A DNA stretch of 23,762 nt, taken from contig JAQGDQ010001833.1 in assembly GCA_030141605.1 (NCBI GenBank), positions 1 through 23,762 of the forward strand, read 5' to 3'. Under the pieces are notes generated by a model. The model made no database searches. It saw nothing but the letters and a program-made list of their open reading frames with translations, and had not been told where the DNA came from. This document shows positions 11,632-22,222 of this stretch, piece by piece; the first letter of the stretch is position 1, and every line of letters starts with the position of its first letter. The DNA comes from Tubiluchus corallicola. Taxonomy: Eukaryota > Animalia > Priapulida. The translations under genes were made by a program, and so were the position numbers.

Positions 11632-11749
11632 GGAAAGAGGAGGCAGTATGTTCGCATAAAGCAAAAAAATGTTATCTTGGCGCGAGGCCCCCCTGGAGTG
11701 TGAGGCCCCGGGGAAGTATCCCCACTTCCCACCCTTGAAATAGGCCCTG
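11322..11749. mobile_element. Non-autonomous hAT-type MITE, family A, long copy (428 bp), opposite orientation to the 9638 copy
   Basis: Same TIRs CAGGGCCTATTTCA / TGAAATAGGCCCTG; TSD CGAAGAGG / TGAAGAGG (7 of 8 match). The internal sequence is the reverse complement of 9638-9872 plus an extra segment containing (GA)n. Confidence 0.93.
11569..11626. repeat. (GA)n microsatellite inside the MITE
   Basis: Perfect GA dinucleotide run. Confidence 0.97.
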
Positions 11750-12020
11750 TGAAGAGGGGAGTCTAATCAATGGGTAAGAGTAATCAATGAGTGTACTTTA
11801 GACCGAAATTAACCGTGTGGAAAGGTGACAAACAGATTGACTGGAAATTCAGGTGAAAAATTTTATGACAATGATAATTAGGCATGGTTTCATTAATATG
11901 AATGTTCTTTATTAGGAAAAATAAATCAGAAATTGTGAAGTAATCAGAAAAAATTTTCTGGACAGCAATTTAGCAGTTAGAAATGATTTACTCAGTAAGA
12001 ACTAATCAAATAACAGCTAA

Positions 12021-13107
12021 CTGTGGATTCAGACTAGAAAGCAAAACGTGTTGCAAGTTACTCTCTGACAGTAATCACGAGTGACTCTCACTTCTCTATT
12101 CAATACGATAAGCATCGAGAGTAACTCGCAGAGGCATGCACATTGTACACTAGGCAACTCGCCAAGTAACTCACCAAGTAACTTGCAGTGAGTTACTCTC
12201 TGACAGTAAGCACGAGCGACTCTCACTTCTCTATTCAATACGAGAGAAGCGTCGAGAGTAACTCGCCGAGGCATGCACATTGTACACTAGGTAACTCGCC
12301 AAGTAACTCACCAAGTAACTTGCAGTAAGTTACTCTCTGACAGTAATCACGAGCGACTCTCACTTCTCTATTCAATACGAGAGAAGCGTCGAAAGTAACT
12401 CGCCGAGGCATGCACATTGTACACTAGGTAACTCGCCTAGTAACTCACCAAGTAACTTGCAGCCATGTTCAGTCTAGAAAGCAAAACTTGGAGTGAGTTA
12501 CTCTCTGGCAGTAAGCACGAGCGACTCTCACTTCTCTATTCAATATGAGAGAAGCGTCGAGAGTAACTCGCCGAGGCATGCACATTGCACACTAGGCAAC
12601 TCGCCAAGTAACTTGCAGTGAGTTACTCTCTGACAGTAAGCACAAGCGACTCTCACTTCTCTATTCAATACGAGAGAAGCGTCGAGAGTAACTCGCCGAG
12701 GCATGCACATTGTACACTAGGCAGCTCGCCAAGTAACTCACCAAGTAACTTGCAGTGAGTTACTCTCTGACAGTAAGCACGAGCGACTCTCACGTCTCTA
12801 TTCAATACGAGAAGCGTCGAGAGAAACTCACCGAGTAACTTACAGCCATGTTCAGTCTAGAAAGCAAAACTTGGAGTGAGTTACTCTTTGACAGTAAATG
12901 TGAGCTGACATTCACTTCTTTATTCACTGTGAGAAGTGTCGAGAGTAACTAGCCCAAGTGTTTATACTAGGCAGCAAATCAACTCGCAGCAACTGTCGAA
13001 GCGTTTGCAATTTCTTGCCGACAGTAACTCGGAAAGCAGTTCACACTTACAAGTTTGACGTCACAGAGAAAACTCGTGACAGAAAACTAGCTAGCATGAA
13101 TGCACCA
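12021..13107. mobile_element. Putative PIF/Harbinger-like non-autonomous element carrying an internal ~137-bp tandem array (about 7 units)
   Basis: The tandem units are clear (GTTACTCTCTGACAG at about 12057, 12192, 12329 and onward). The ends are imperfect TIRs (CTGTGGATTCAGACTAG versus the right-end reverse complement TGGTGCATTCATGCTAG), flanked by TAA on both sides (12018-12020, 13108-13110). The superfamily call is inferred from the TAA TSD. Confidence 0.55.
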
Positions 13108-14052
13108 TAAGATTAGAGTGCTCTCCGAGGACAGTGTAGATTAAGAAAAGTGTACAACATAATGGCTATGACTCTGAATGTTGATAAAAAAGGTTTCCAC
13201 TGCTGCCAAAAATGCATCAGTATTTCCGCAATGTTTTTACTGCATTATAACTGTAATTATTAAACACGTCCATTGTGAACTAGGTAACAGGTTAATGCAA
13301 TTGAAAAATGCAATCAATATTAAGTAATCAGTGTTGCAGGTGATGAGCAGGTGTGATATTTAACTTAATAGAGTAAGTTGCATTGAGTCGGCAGATTAAG
13401 CTATTTCTAAGCTGAATTAAGCTTACAATCGATGTTATTTGTAATTGTGACTTACTGAATAGGTGATCATTGAGATTGCACCACTGCAACTTGCTTACGT
13501 AAAAAACACAGAATCTTACATCTAACTCAAGTCTACTCAAACTTACACAATAATATAGCTCCATGAATAACATGTGCATCCCATAAAAAACTGTGTAGCT
13601 TATGATCCTGAATCACTGATACTTAAAAGTTTAAATGTTTAAAGTAAAACTAAATCCTTGCTATAATATAAGCTTTTACAATTTGAAATCCTAGCCTTAT
13701 TACCAACATTCAATTTATCTTATTACGAACTTACTGTTGAAATGTTTTTTATGATTTTTATCACTTCATTCTTAGTGGTATTAAATTTGAAGAACTGCCA
13801 TTGTTCGTTGCGCGAGACGAATGACGTTACAAGTACAGTCAGGAGGGTCATCAAAGACTGGTGAACATCGGTAACCAAAGACGCTTTCTGTACCTTGTAC
13901 GTCATTCTCGTTCACTCGCGCCAAAGACGCGAAACATGGCGATCTGCACGTGTTCACAAGGCAACGCACGCGTTCGAAATTCGCCAGAAAAAGGCAAGTT
14001 ATTTAATTTATAAATCACTAATGTTTAACAATAACTAGAAATTACCTATGTG

Positions 14053-14567
14053 CAGGGTGCATAAGATTATGGATATGTATAAAATAAATAAAATAGCTTA
14101 TTTTATGGATTTTTGAAATTTTATTTTATGGATATCAATAAAATAAGAAATAGACTATATCTGGAACGAGATGCCCAGGGGGAAATCAATTAAAAAGTAA
14201 AAACAGGAGGCTTGAAACGTGTTTTTAAACACGCAGGACTTAGTTTTAATTTTATCGGTTTCGTTTTAATTTTATCGGTTTCATATCACTTCAAATTCAA
14301 TCAAATTTTACGAGACAATGCCTTGTAATTCATCACTTCAGTTTAAACAATTCATGTATTTGGTACGAATGTAGATTGCCCTCTAGGCTGAAGTTTCCGA
14401 TCCAATTCAATATCTGTATTCAGTTTTGATTGCCTTATTTTGTACAAAAAAATCACAAAAAAAAATATTTTTTTATTTTATGCATTTCTTATTTTATGGA
14501 TTTTTCAAATTTTATTTTATGGATTTTTGGTCTTATTTTATGGATATCCATAATCTTATGCAGCCTG
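14053..14567. mobile_element. Non-autonomous hAT-type MITE, family B (515 bp)
   Basis: 24-bp TIRs CAGGGTGCATAAGATTATGGATAT / ATATCCATAATCTTATGCAGCCTG (1 mismatch), a perfect 8-bp TSD CCTATGTG (14045-14052, 14568-14575), and subterminal TTTTATGGAT repeats near both ends. Confidence 0.93.
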
Positions 14568-15199
14568 CCTATGTGTAATCATAGTAATGTGTTAAAAAAC
14601 TTTAATATCTGTTCGGGTTATATAGGCCTTTAACTTTGCAGTTAAAGACAATGGGTTCTGCAAAGCATTAATTCATCACAGTGTCACTGTGCCAGTTATA
14701 GAGCTGCTACTTAATACTTGCTGTCTCTGGGCATAATACAACATAAACGTTATTTATAAACAGGTAAATGGCAACTACAGTTCGTTTGATGCGCGTTTAA
14801 AAAGAAAACTTTTATGCACGTATTGTACATAATAACATTACTGTGTGAACGTAAAGACAATGCAGCTCTTTGATGATGTTAACAACGGCTCACACACTAG
14901 ACATACGGGAATAATTTTTCTGTGATCGTTTGATATTAATGGAAAACTCAGCCTTCTGATAAATCCAGCCGCAATTTCACCTATTCATTCTTGCCAAATA
15001 GATAATAAACCTGCAACTTCAATCAGAATTTTCTAAAAATAAACACAGTTGCAGCATTGAATAAGCGCTTTACTTCTAGCTGTGCACTGCATAATAAGTT
15101 AACAAGAGAAAAATCCCAACTACGAATGACGTAAGAGACGTTTTACATCTGACGTTTTAGTAAACTCATGTTTATTTTACTAATCATGATGATGGCACT

Positions 15200-15552
15200 A
15201 ACAACAACAGCAGCAGCAATAACAACAACAACAACAACAACAATAACAGCAGCAACAACAACATCAATGATGACAACAACAACAGCAGCAGAAGCAACAA
15301 CGACAATGATGACAACAACAACAGCAGCAGCAGCAACAACAACGACAACGACGACGACAACAACAACAGCAGCAGCAGCAACGACGACAATGATGACAAC
15401 AACAACAACAGCAGCAGGCAACAACAGCAGCAGCAACAACAACGACAATGACGACAACAACAACAATAGCAGCAACAACGACAACGACGACAACAACAAC
15501 AACAACAGCAGCAGCAGCAACGACGACAACGACGACAACAACAACATCGACA
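15200..15552. repeat. Compound trinucleotide microsatellite (CAA/CAG/CGA)n
   Basis: About 350 bp of interleaved CAA, CAG, CGA and TGA triplets inside the long NHE8 intron. Confidence 0.95.
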
Positions 15553-18500
15553 AAAGTGATAAGGATTTTGTTAAAGTGCGGTTTTAAATTATAAGGTTCC
15601 CATAGTTCTATACATAAGCTGCCATTAAAACAATCGAAAATTTTTTTCCTTGGAAAGCAGCAACGATATCATAACCATACAATAAGTACTACATTAAGTC
15701 AGAAACTTTAGCCCCCATATTTTCATAACATTTACATATCATTAGACCCACACATTGAAGTTTTGTAGAACAAGTTGAATTTAGCCTCTAAATGCAGTTT
15801 ATATTATAAAATGATGTGTATTTCTTTGATACTGACTTTTTCAACGACAGTTAAATGACCGTTCAGTACTGCATAAATGTTCTTAATGTCTGTAGTTACC
15901 CTGAGTGCAAAAAAGCTAAAATTAGCCAAACATCAATCTCTGACTCATACCAGCCTTGATCTTTGAGAGTTATATTAAGAACAAGCAAAAGCGTTATTAT
16001 GTCACCTGGTATTATTTGACAAAGGCATTACTGTAATGTCGCTAACAACAACAACATATGGCACTATAAATTAGCTCAAACTAAATTCCACAGCAAAGAA
16101 CGCAATGAAAAACAAAACAAAAACATTGATTCCCTAATTTAGCACATAAAAGGGAGTTCAGTCTCTAAAACATATTTTAGTTTACAATTTATAAAACATA
16201 AATGAATGTAGTCTGCAGGCTCTTTTGAGCTCGTATTAGTACTTCGTGGAAAACTTACAACAAGCGATCAGCACTCGGCTAGGATTGATGCAAACAGCAG
16301 CAGGTCATTTCGAAACCCGCAGAATGCAATTAATCGGTTAGAGAAACCATTGTTACTGAGGCTTTGAGATTAAGTAATGTCTTCATATCCTTCATATAAC
16401 TCAAACTTTAGGCTTCTCAGTATTACTCAAACTGACTGAGTGAACATACAGGTATGATAAGAGGTTTATCATGTACATTGGCATGAAGTCTAAAGTCACT
16501 AGGTGTTAATTTGTTTACTGTATTAAAATGCTTCTTGCCCTCGAGAAAGCTAGAGTAAAGTTGAATTTGATTTAAAAACTAGAGAAAAAAACGAGTACTG
16601 ATTTATTATTTATGTTTCATTTCTTCTTTTGGTCTAACTTTTTTCTAGTTTGTTTTATGTTTTAATCGGTTAGCTAAATGCTTTACATATTTTGTTAATC
16701 ATCATTTCATATTTTTCATTTTATTTTAATGCTTCTTGTAGCGTAGTTTAATTTCTTCCCCCATAAATTTATGTTAACAGTTGATTTTGCTAACCTACTT
16801 CATAACTATATTACACCTTTTAATTAGCAGTGCTACAAATTTTTTACAAGTCACACTAACCTGAGAAGGGTAGCTGACTTGATGGCCAATTGGTCTTTTG
16901 CTACCCTTTCTCCTGTACCCCTAACTCTTTCCTTTATGCATAATTTATCCTTTTTAATTAATAACTCGCGGATTTTTCGAAATTTTGACCAAACAGCATG
17001 GAGAAAAAACGTTCTAGCGGCGCCTGGTGGGACTCCCGGAAGAAGATATATAGCTCTTTAGAAAGAGGAAGAATAGGGCTATATGATGATGTAGGCTATA
17101 TTTTAGAGCACGTCCAATGAGAGGAGTGCCGACGAGTTAATTAGATGTTCTATTTTCGGCAATTTTCGCTTAGAAAACTGCTGATGCAAAGCCATTGTTG
17201 TGACGTCATCCATTATGCTCTGTCTATAACCTTATAACTTTAATTCAGTAAAAGGTGCTACGGGCTTTGCGCTGTAAATGAGGACTATGTAGGATGTTTG
17301 CGTATTTTTCATTATACGTGTATTTACACGCAAATTTTTTTGCGGGGCCTTTGCTTGTTAATAACTATAACAATAATAGTCAATTTGTATTCTGGTGTAA
17401 ATGAGGAGATAAATAAAATGTCTATGTCTATGAGTAGTTTAATTTAAGAAATGGACAAGCAGAAAACCTTTCACGTTTCTGAAAGTGAAAAAGTTACAAG
17501 AAAGAAGAGATAAAGGCTGCCTACAATTAGGAAGGTTCACAGCCTAAGAATCAAAAGTTACTCCTATACGGCTGATTGAATGCCAAAGTTGTTACAGTTC
17601 GGAAATACCTGTCTTAAATTAATCTACAGAACAGGTTCAACAAAGTTAATTGATCTCAGTGCCTGGTGCAAAATAAAAAATGAGTACTCTTTTGACAAAT
17701 ATAGTCAATATTGTACATAAAAAAGGTCATTTAAGAAGGCCGATTTTTTAAGATGGCATTTCCACAATTTCGCTTAATTATAATATGTATTTGGCTTGTA
17801 GCCAGCAAAAGACTAACTGTTACACAGATGACCTGGCAAACTTGTACACATTAGAATATAATTATGACATTACAACAGAATTCCACTAACCTTGACATTA
17901 GAATAACAGAAAACGTGACATTAACTATGGCTGACATGAAATGCAGCGTGAACAGACAGTCGGGGTAGTTATTTGTGATCATGTTGATTTCTCCACGTGA
18001 CTGTCAATTCTGTTGACTTAAACGCATCAGGTAAACAAGTCAGGAATCAAATTATTAGCACAATCAGAAGCGGGTGTGTGACTATCAATCATAACCAGGT
18101 GTGAGAATAACTAAGAATAGAAATTACATTGGGTGGAATCATTTAATGAGGCACAGAAAGTGGGTTCGTCAATATGGTTTGTGCACGATCCTCCCACTAA
18201 AGAATAACTACGTAACACAAACAGCCTACTAATTGCCATAATACCACGAGTCTTTTCAATGTGTTCACAATCGAAGGTTACAGAGCTGCAGTGTCTGTTG
18301 TCTGGCTGCAAAGAGGATAATTTATTTATTGTGTTTCAGTAAGATGCTGAGTCAAGAGTGTGGGTCAGTGGGGCAGGCACTTGAATCTCTCAGGTTCTGC
18401 GTTTTGGAGATTGCTTGTTAGACTTGCAGATAAATAACAGTGAGACGCTACAATAAAGCACAAGCCAAGTTTCCCAGGAAGTTGAACTTATTTTAATATG

Positions 18501-19547
18501 TGAGAAAAGTGTTAGAAAATTGCAGCAATAAAATTTTGATAAGCACCTCGTGGTGTAATTAGTAAAACTGATTTAAAATCGTGATTACTCTACGCTTAGG
18601 ATCACTCATTTTAGACGAAAAATGGTGTCATCCGGTTTCCACGAATATAAATATTTATGCTGCAAAGGTGCTTTAGAATCTTCTTTGACTTATAGAGCGA
18701 GCTCCATAAACTAATTGACCCGCCTACTATATGCTCGCAAGTTAACATGCGTATCTAGAAGTCCACAAAAATCTGTTAATTAATTATTTGCACAATTAAT
18801 GTTAATTACTTACACATTTTAAGGTGTAATCATGTAGATCAAAGCAATGTAACCACTTTAATTTGATCATAATTGATGAATGACTAATTTCTACATAAAC
18901 ACAATGATAGAATGAAGGAACTTCTAAATAACCTGAAGCAATTTTCTAAAACGTACTGGTTTGAAGAAACCAAAAAACTTGAAATTTAGTTTTAAGATTT
19001 TATTCTGAAGTGTCTACATAAACAGTGAAGTAGTGTCTTGTTGAAAATCAGAAAACCAAGTGACCAAAAACTACAGGTGAAATCATTTAGGTGTGAAAAC
19101 AGGTTTAGAGATTATGCATTCATAAAGACTGTAGAAGCCAATGAAAATTTAAACAGCAAAGAGAAAGCTTTAACAATTTTTACAAGAACACCTGAAGGTG
19201 GCAGCACTATCCAAAACTAAAAAAGTATGATGACAATACAACATAAATTTAAATTTAGAATAATTAAAATGATTTCCCTCTGCCCACGTACCTTCACAAC
19301 AGCTTGCTTTCAAGGCATTCATGCTGTCCTGCAGGTACCAGCTCGCATGATTTTTTTTTTCAAATAAGCTGGCAGCGATGTTCGTTTGGCGGGAGACGAG
19401 GAATGTTTAATTTTCTTTTAAATTTTTAAGCAAAGCATTCTATGCGCATATTTTGTGTGGTGATTTCAATATTATTAATTGTACATTAAAATGCAATAAA
19501 TGTTGTTCGAGGGGGTGATCCTTCCTTTAATAGTATGCCACACTTAC

Positions 19548-19622
19548 CATTTCCCTGGTTTTGCTCAAGGAGATTTCCTTAGGAACTTTCTTCCGACCAG
19601 GCACTTTATCAGCTTTGATGAA
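19548..19622 (-). CDS. SLC9A8: Sodium/hydrogen exchanger 8 (NHE8), internal exon (75 nt, phase 0/0)
   Basis: Acceptor TTTTTCTAG|TTC and donor ATG|GTAAGT. Translates FIKADKVPGRKKVPKEISLSKTREM, matching the NHE8 LSKTxxM segment that precedes GxxVESEHLSE, and keeps frame with both neighbouring exons. Confidence 0.9.
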
Positions 19623-20105
19623 CTAGAAAAATATTAGGAACTGTAAGACAAATGTATTCAAATAAATCATTTGTAGATAGGTCATTGACCAGTGGTCATG
19701 GGTGCTAAGTGACCAAGCGAAGACTGCCAGATGATGGTAACTTTGCACTTAGTCGTTATAACTTGCAGACCCGCCCAACGTAAAAAAAATGTCAAATGAT
19801 TGTGAAACGTAGAAATCCCGGGGGTCATCTCGCCCACGCCAGAAGTTTAAGGGGGTGGGGGCAAATAATTAGCTGGAACCTGTCTCATTATCAAACATAA
19901 TCCTGTAAGAAGAGGCAAGGAGTCTTCGACACATTCAGATTCTTATTCAGATGCTGAAAGAGGTAAATAGCAGATGAGCGTCACGTTACATGAAACTGAG
20001 TTTCCTCGCAGACAACCATCCATATGCTAACTTGATTCAGCATTGCATACTATGACCATTCAGCTATCACATTCATCCTGGTATTATAAATCAATTTTTG
20101 GAAGG

Positions 20106-20582
20106 CGTTTACAATTCCCCACACAAATTAAATATACTAACCCTAGCCCTAACCCTACCCTAACCTTAATGCTAATCCTAACTCAACCCTCACCCTAACC
20201 CTAAACCGACCCTAACCTTAATGCTAGTCCTAACTCAACCCTAACCCAACCCTAACCCTAACCCTAAACCAACACTAACCTTAACCCTACCGTAACCTTA
20301 ATGCTAGTTCTAACTCAACTCTAACCCTAACCCTAACTCAACCCTAACCCTAACCCTAACCTTAATGCTAGTCCTAACTCAACCCTAACCCTAAACCAAC
20401 CCTAACCCTAACCCTACCCTAACCTTAATGCTAGTCCTAACTCAACCCTCACCCTAACCCTAAACCGACCCTAACCTTAATGCTAGTCCTAACTCAACCC
20501 TAACCCTAACCCTAACTCTAAACCAACCCTAACCCTAATCTGCTTCACAAACTAATTTCTTGTGTGTGGGGAATTGTTTACG
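20106..20582. mobile_element. TIR-flanked interstitial telomere-like (CCCTAA)n array, probable MITE
   Basis: Degenerate CCCTAA repeats at about 20137-20538, with a recurring CCTTAATGCTAGTCCTAACTCAA block (6 copies). They are flanked by perfect 15-bp inverted repeats ACAATTCCCCACACA (20111-20125) and TGTGTGGGGAATTGT (20563-20577). No clear TSD. Confidence 0.65.
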
Positions 20583-20663
20583 TAAGTTTACGTAATCTCG
20601 TTGCTTAAACTATTTCATAAACATGATACCAACAATAAAGAAAAACATTTAGGAATACCCTAC

Positions 20664-20806
20664 CTTTAACAATGGCATGGTGGCTCCACCTAGACAGAGA
20701 ACAGTAAATAAGACAATGACTAGTGTATTTGTGACCAGCACATGACCTTTCTCTCCCTGGAAGCCGAGATGCAAACATAAAGCGTAAGCTACAGCACCAC
20801 GAAGAC
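20664..20806 (-). CDS. SLC9A8: Sodium/hydrogen exchanger 8 (NHE8), exon encoding the last transmembrane helices
   Basis: Acceptor TTTTTTTGACAG|GT (phase 1) and donor AAG|GTAGGG. Translates (G)LRGAVAYALCLHLGFQGEKGHVLVTNTLVIVLFTVLCLGGATMPLLK, with the CPA1/NHE hallmark GLRGA and IVLFTV..GGxTMPL motifs. Confidence 0.96.
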
Positions 20807-21020
20807 CTGTCAAAAAAAGAGGGAACACTAAAAGAGTGATGTCAATTGTTTCTATGTTGCACTGACATTTACCAGAAAGTTAAATAGAAGGTTTTATAAA
20901 ACTCACACGATAAATAGAAAGCAGCAGAAAAAATCTTTACTGTTTTGATTCTTTAAAAAGTGTGAACAGCCCCTTTCCCAGTAGTTTAGTTCATAATATA
21001 AGTGTGCACATGGAAATAGA

Positions 21021-21472
21021 TACTTTCTAAACAGAAATACATTTCTGTGAAGTCAATTTTTACTTTTTAAACAGAAATACATTTCCGTGAAGTCAATTTT
21101 TTACTTTCTAAACAGAAATACATTTCTGTGAAGTCAATTTTTTACTTTTTAAACAGAAATACATTTCGATGAAGTCAATTTTTTACTTTTTAAACAGAAA
21201 TACATTTCTGTGAAGTCAATTTTTACTTTTTAAACAGAAATACATTTCCGTGAAGTCAATTTTTTACTTTTTAAACAGAAATACATTTCTGTGAAGTCAA
21301 TTTTTTACTTTTTAAACAGAAATACATTTCGATGAAGTCAATTTTTTACTTTTTAAACAGAAATACATTTCTGTGAAGTCAATTTTTTACTTTTTAAACA
21401 GAAATACATTTCTGTGAAGTCAAATTTTTACTTTTTAAACAGAAATACATTTCTGTGAAGTCAATTTTTTAC
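21021..21472. repeat. 40/41-bp minisatellite, about 11 copies, with an internal palindrome
   Basis: Unit TACTTTTTAAACAGAAATACATTTCTGTGAAGTCAATTTTT, containing ACAGAAAT-AC-ATTTCTGT. Confidence 0.96.
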
Positions 21473-21489
21473 CTATGTACCCTGATAAG

Positions 21490-21995
21490 TAGTATTGCTC
21501 CGGATATCCAATTCATATCCAAAAATGGTGATATTCATGTGATTTTGCAGGTATTTGAATTCGATATTATCCGATAATTATAAAAATCTGATTTTCGCAA
21601 ATATTCACTATTCAGTATTAGTAATGCGCAATTGGAAATGGTTTTCGAATAACTTAGCAGCCGAAAATAAATAAATAAAATATTACCAAAAAACTTAGAG
21701 ATCATTATAGCCTTTGTTGGTGTTTTCAAGATGAAAATTTTACTCACATCTTTTCTTGTTTGTTTGTCGTAATACCAGTGCATATTTGTGTTAGGTCCTT
21801 TAAGATGAATGATTAAATCGCTCTAAGTTTTGTAAACATTTACTAATTTTTCATTATCCGAACTGATCCGTATATTCGATCCGAATTTAGCTAACCTATC
21901 CGGTTGTAATCCGAATCCAGAAGTCAATTTGAGAAAATATTCGATGACATCCGGTATTCGCTATCCAGCAAAAAAGTGTATCCAGAGGAACACTA
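21490..21995. mobile_element. Older non-autonomous DNA transposon (MITE, 506 bp) with a 5-bp TSD
   Basis: Imperfect TIRs TAGTATTGCTCCGGATA versus the right-end reverse complement TAGTGTTCCTCTGGATA (14 of 17 match). Direct repeat ATAAG on both sides (21485-21489, 21996-22000). Many subterminal ATCCG(A) motifs. Confidence 0.72.
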
Positions 21996-22067
21996 ATAAG
22001 CCTTCTCTTATTGTGCAAAGCAGTTCAATTCCTTTAACTTTATTTTCGTACGCTTAGCTATTTTTTA

Positions 22068-22222
22068 CTGTGTCAATTTCTTTTCTTCAAGTCAGCTTAA
22101 TTATTACCTGTTTGGCTTTTGTAAACATATATTTTTAGTGCACAAGTTACTGTATCAATTCTTTACTGGTCTGCTTAGTCATTATCTATTTGGCTTCTGT
22201 TAACTACTTAATTAGTGCACAA
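22068..22222. repeat. Degenerate ~80-bp tandem duplication
   Basis: Two diverged copies following CTGTRTCAATT...GCTTA...TTTGGCTTYTGT...TTAGTGCACAA, starting at about 22068 and 22150. Confidence 0.55.

Noticed and set aside
13860-13910. SECIS-like ATGAC...AAA...GA pattern on the minus strand
   Set aside because: Helix pairing is poor, the site is intronic rather than 3' UTR, and no in-frame TGA occurs in the exons seen.
15143-15587. Poly-Thr/Asn, poly-Leu/Val ORFs (mucin-like or membrane-protein-like)
   Set aside because: By-products of a compound trinucleotide microsatellite within an intron; no convincing splice sites or unique coding sequence.
16916-17081. Possible degenerate TA-flanked MITE (TACCCCTAACTCTTTCCTTT ... 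AAAGAGGAAGAATAGGGCTA)
   Set aside because: The terminal match is too imperfect to define ends without other genomic copies.
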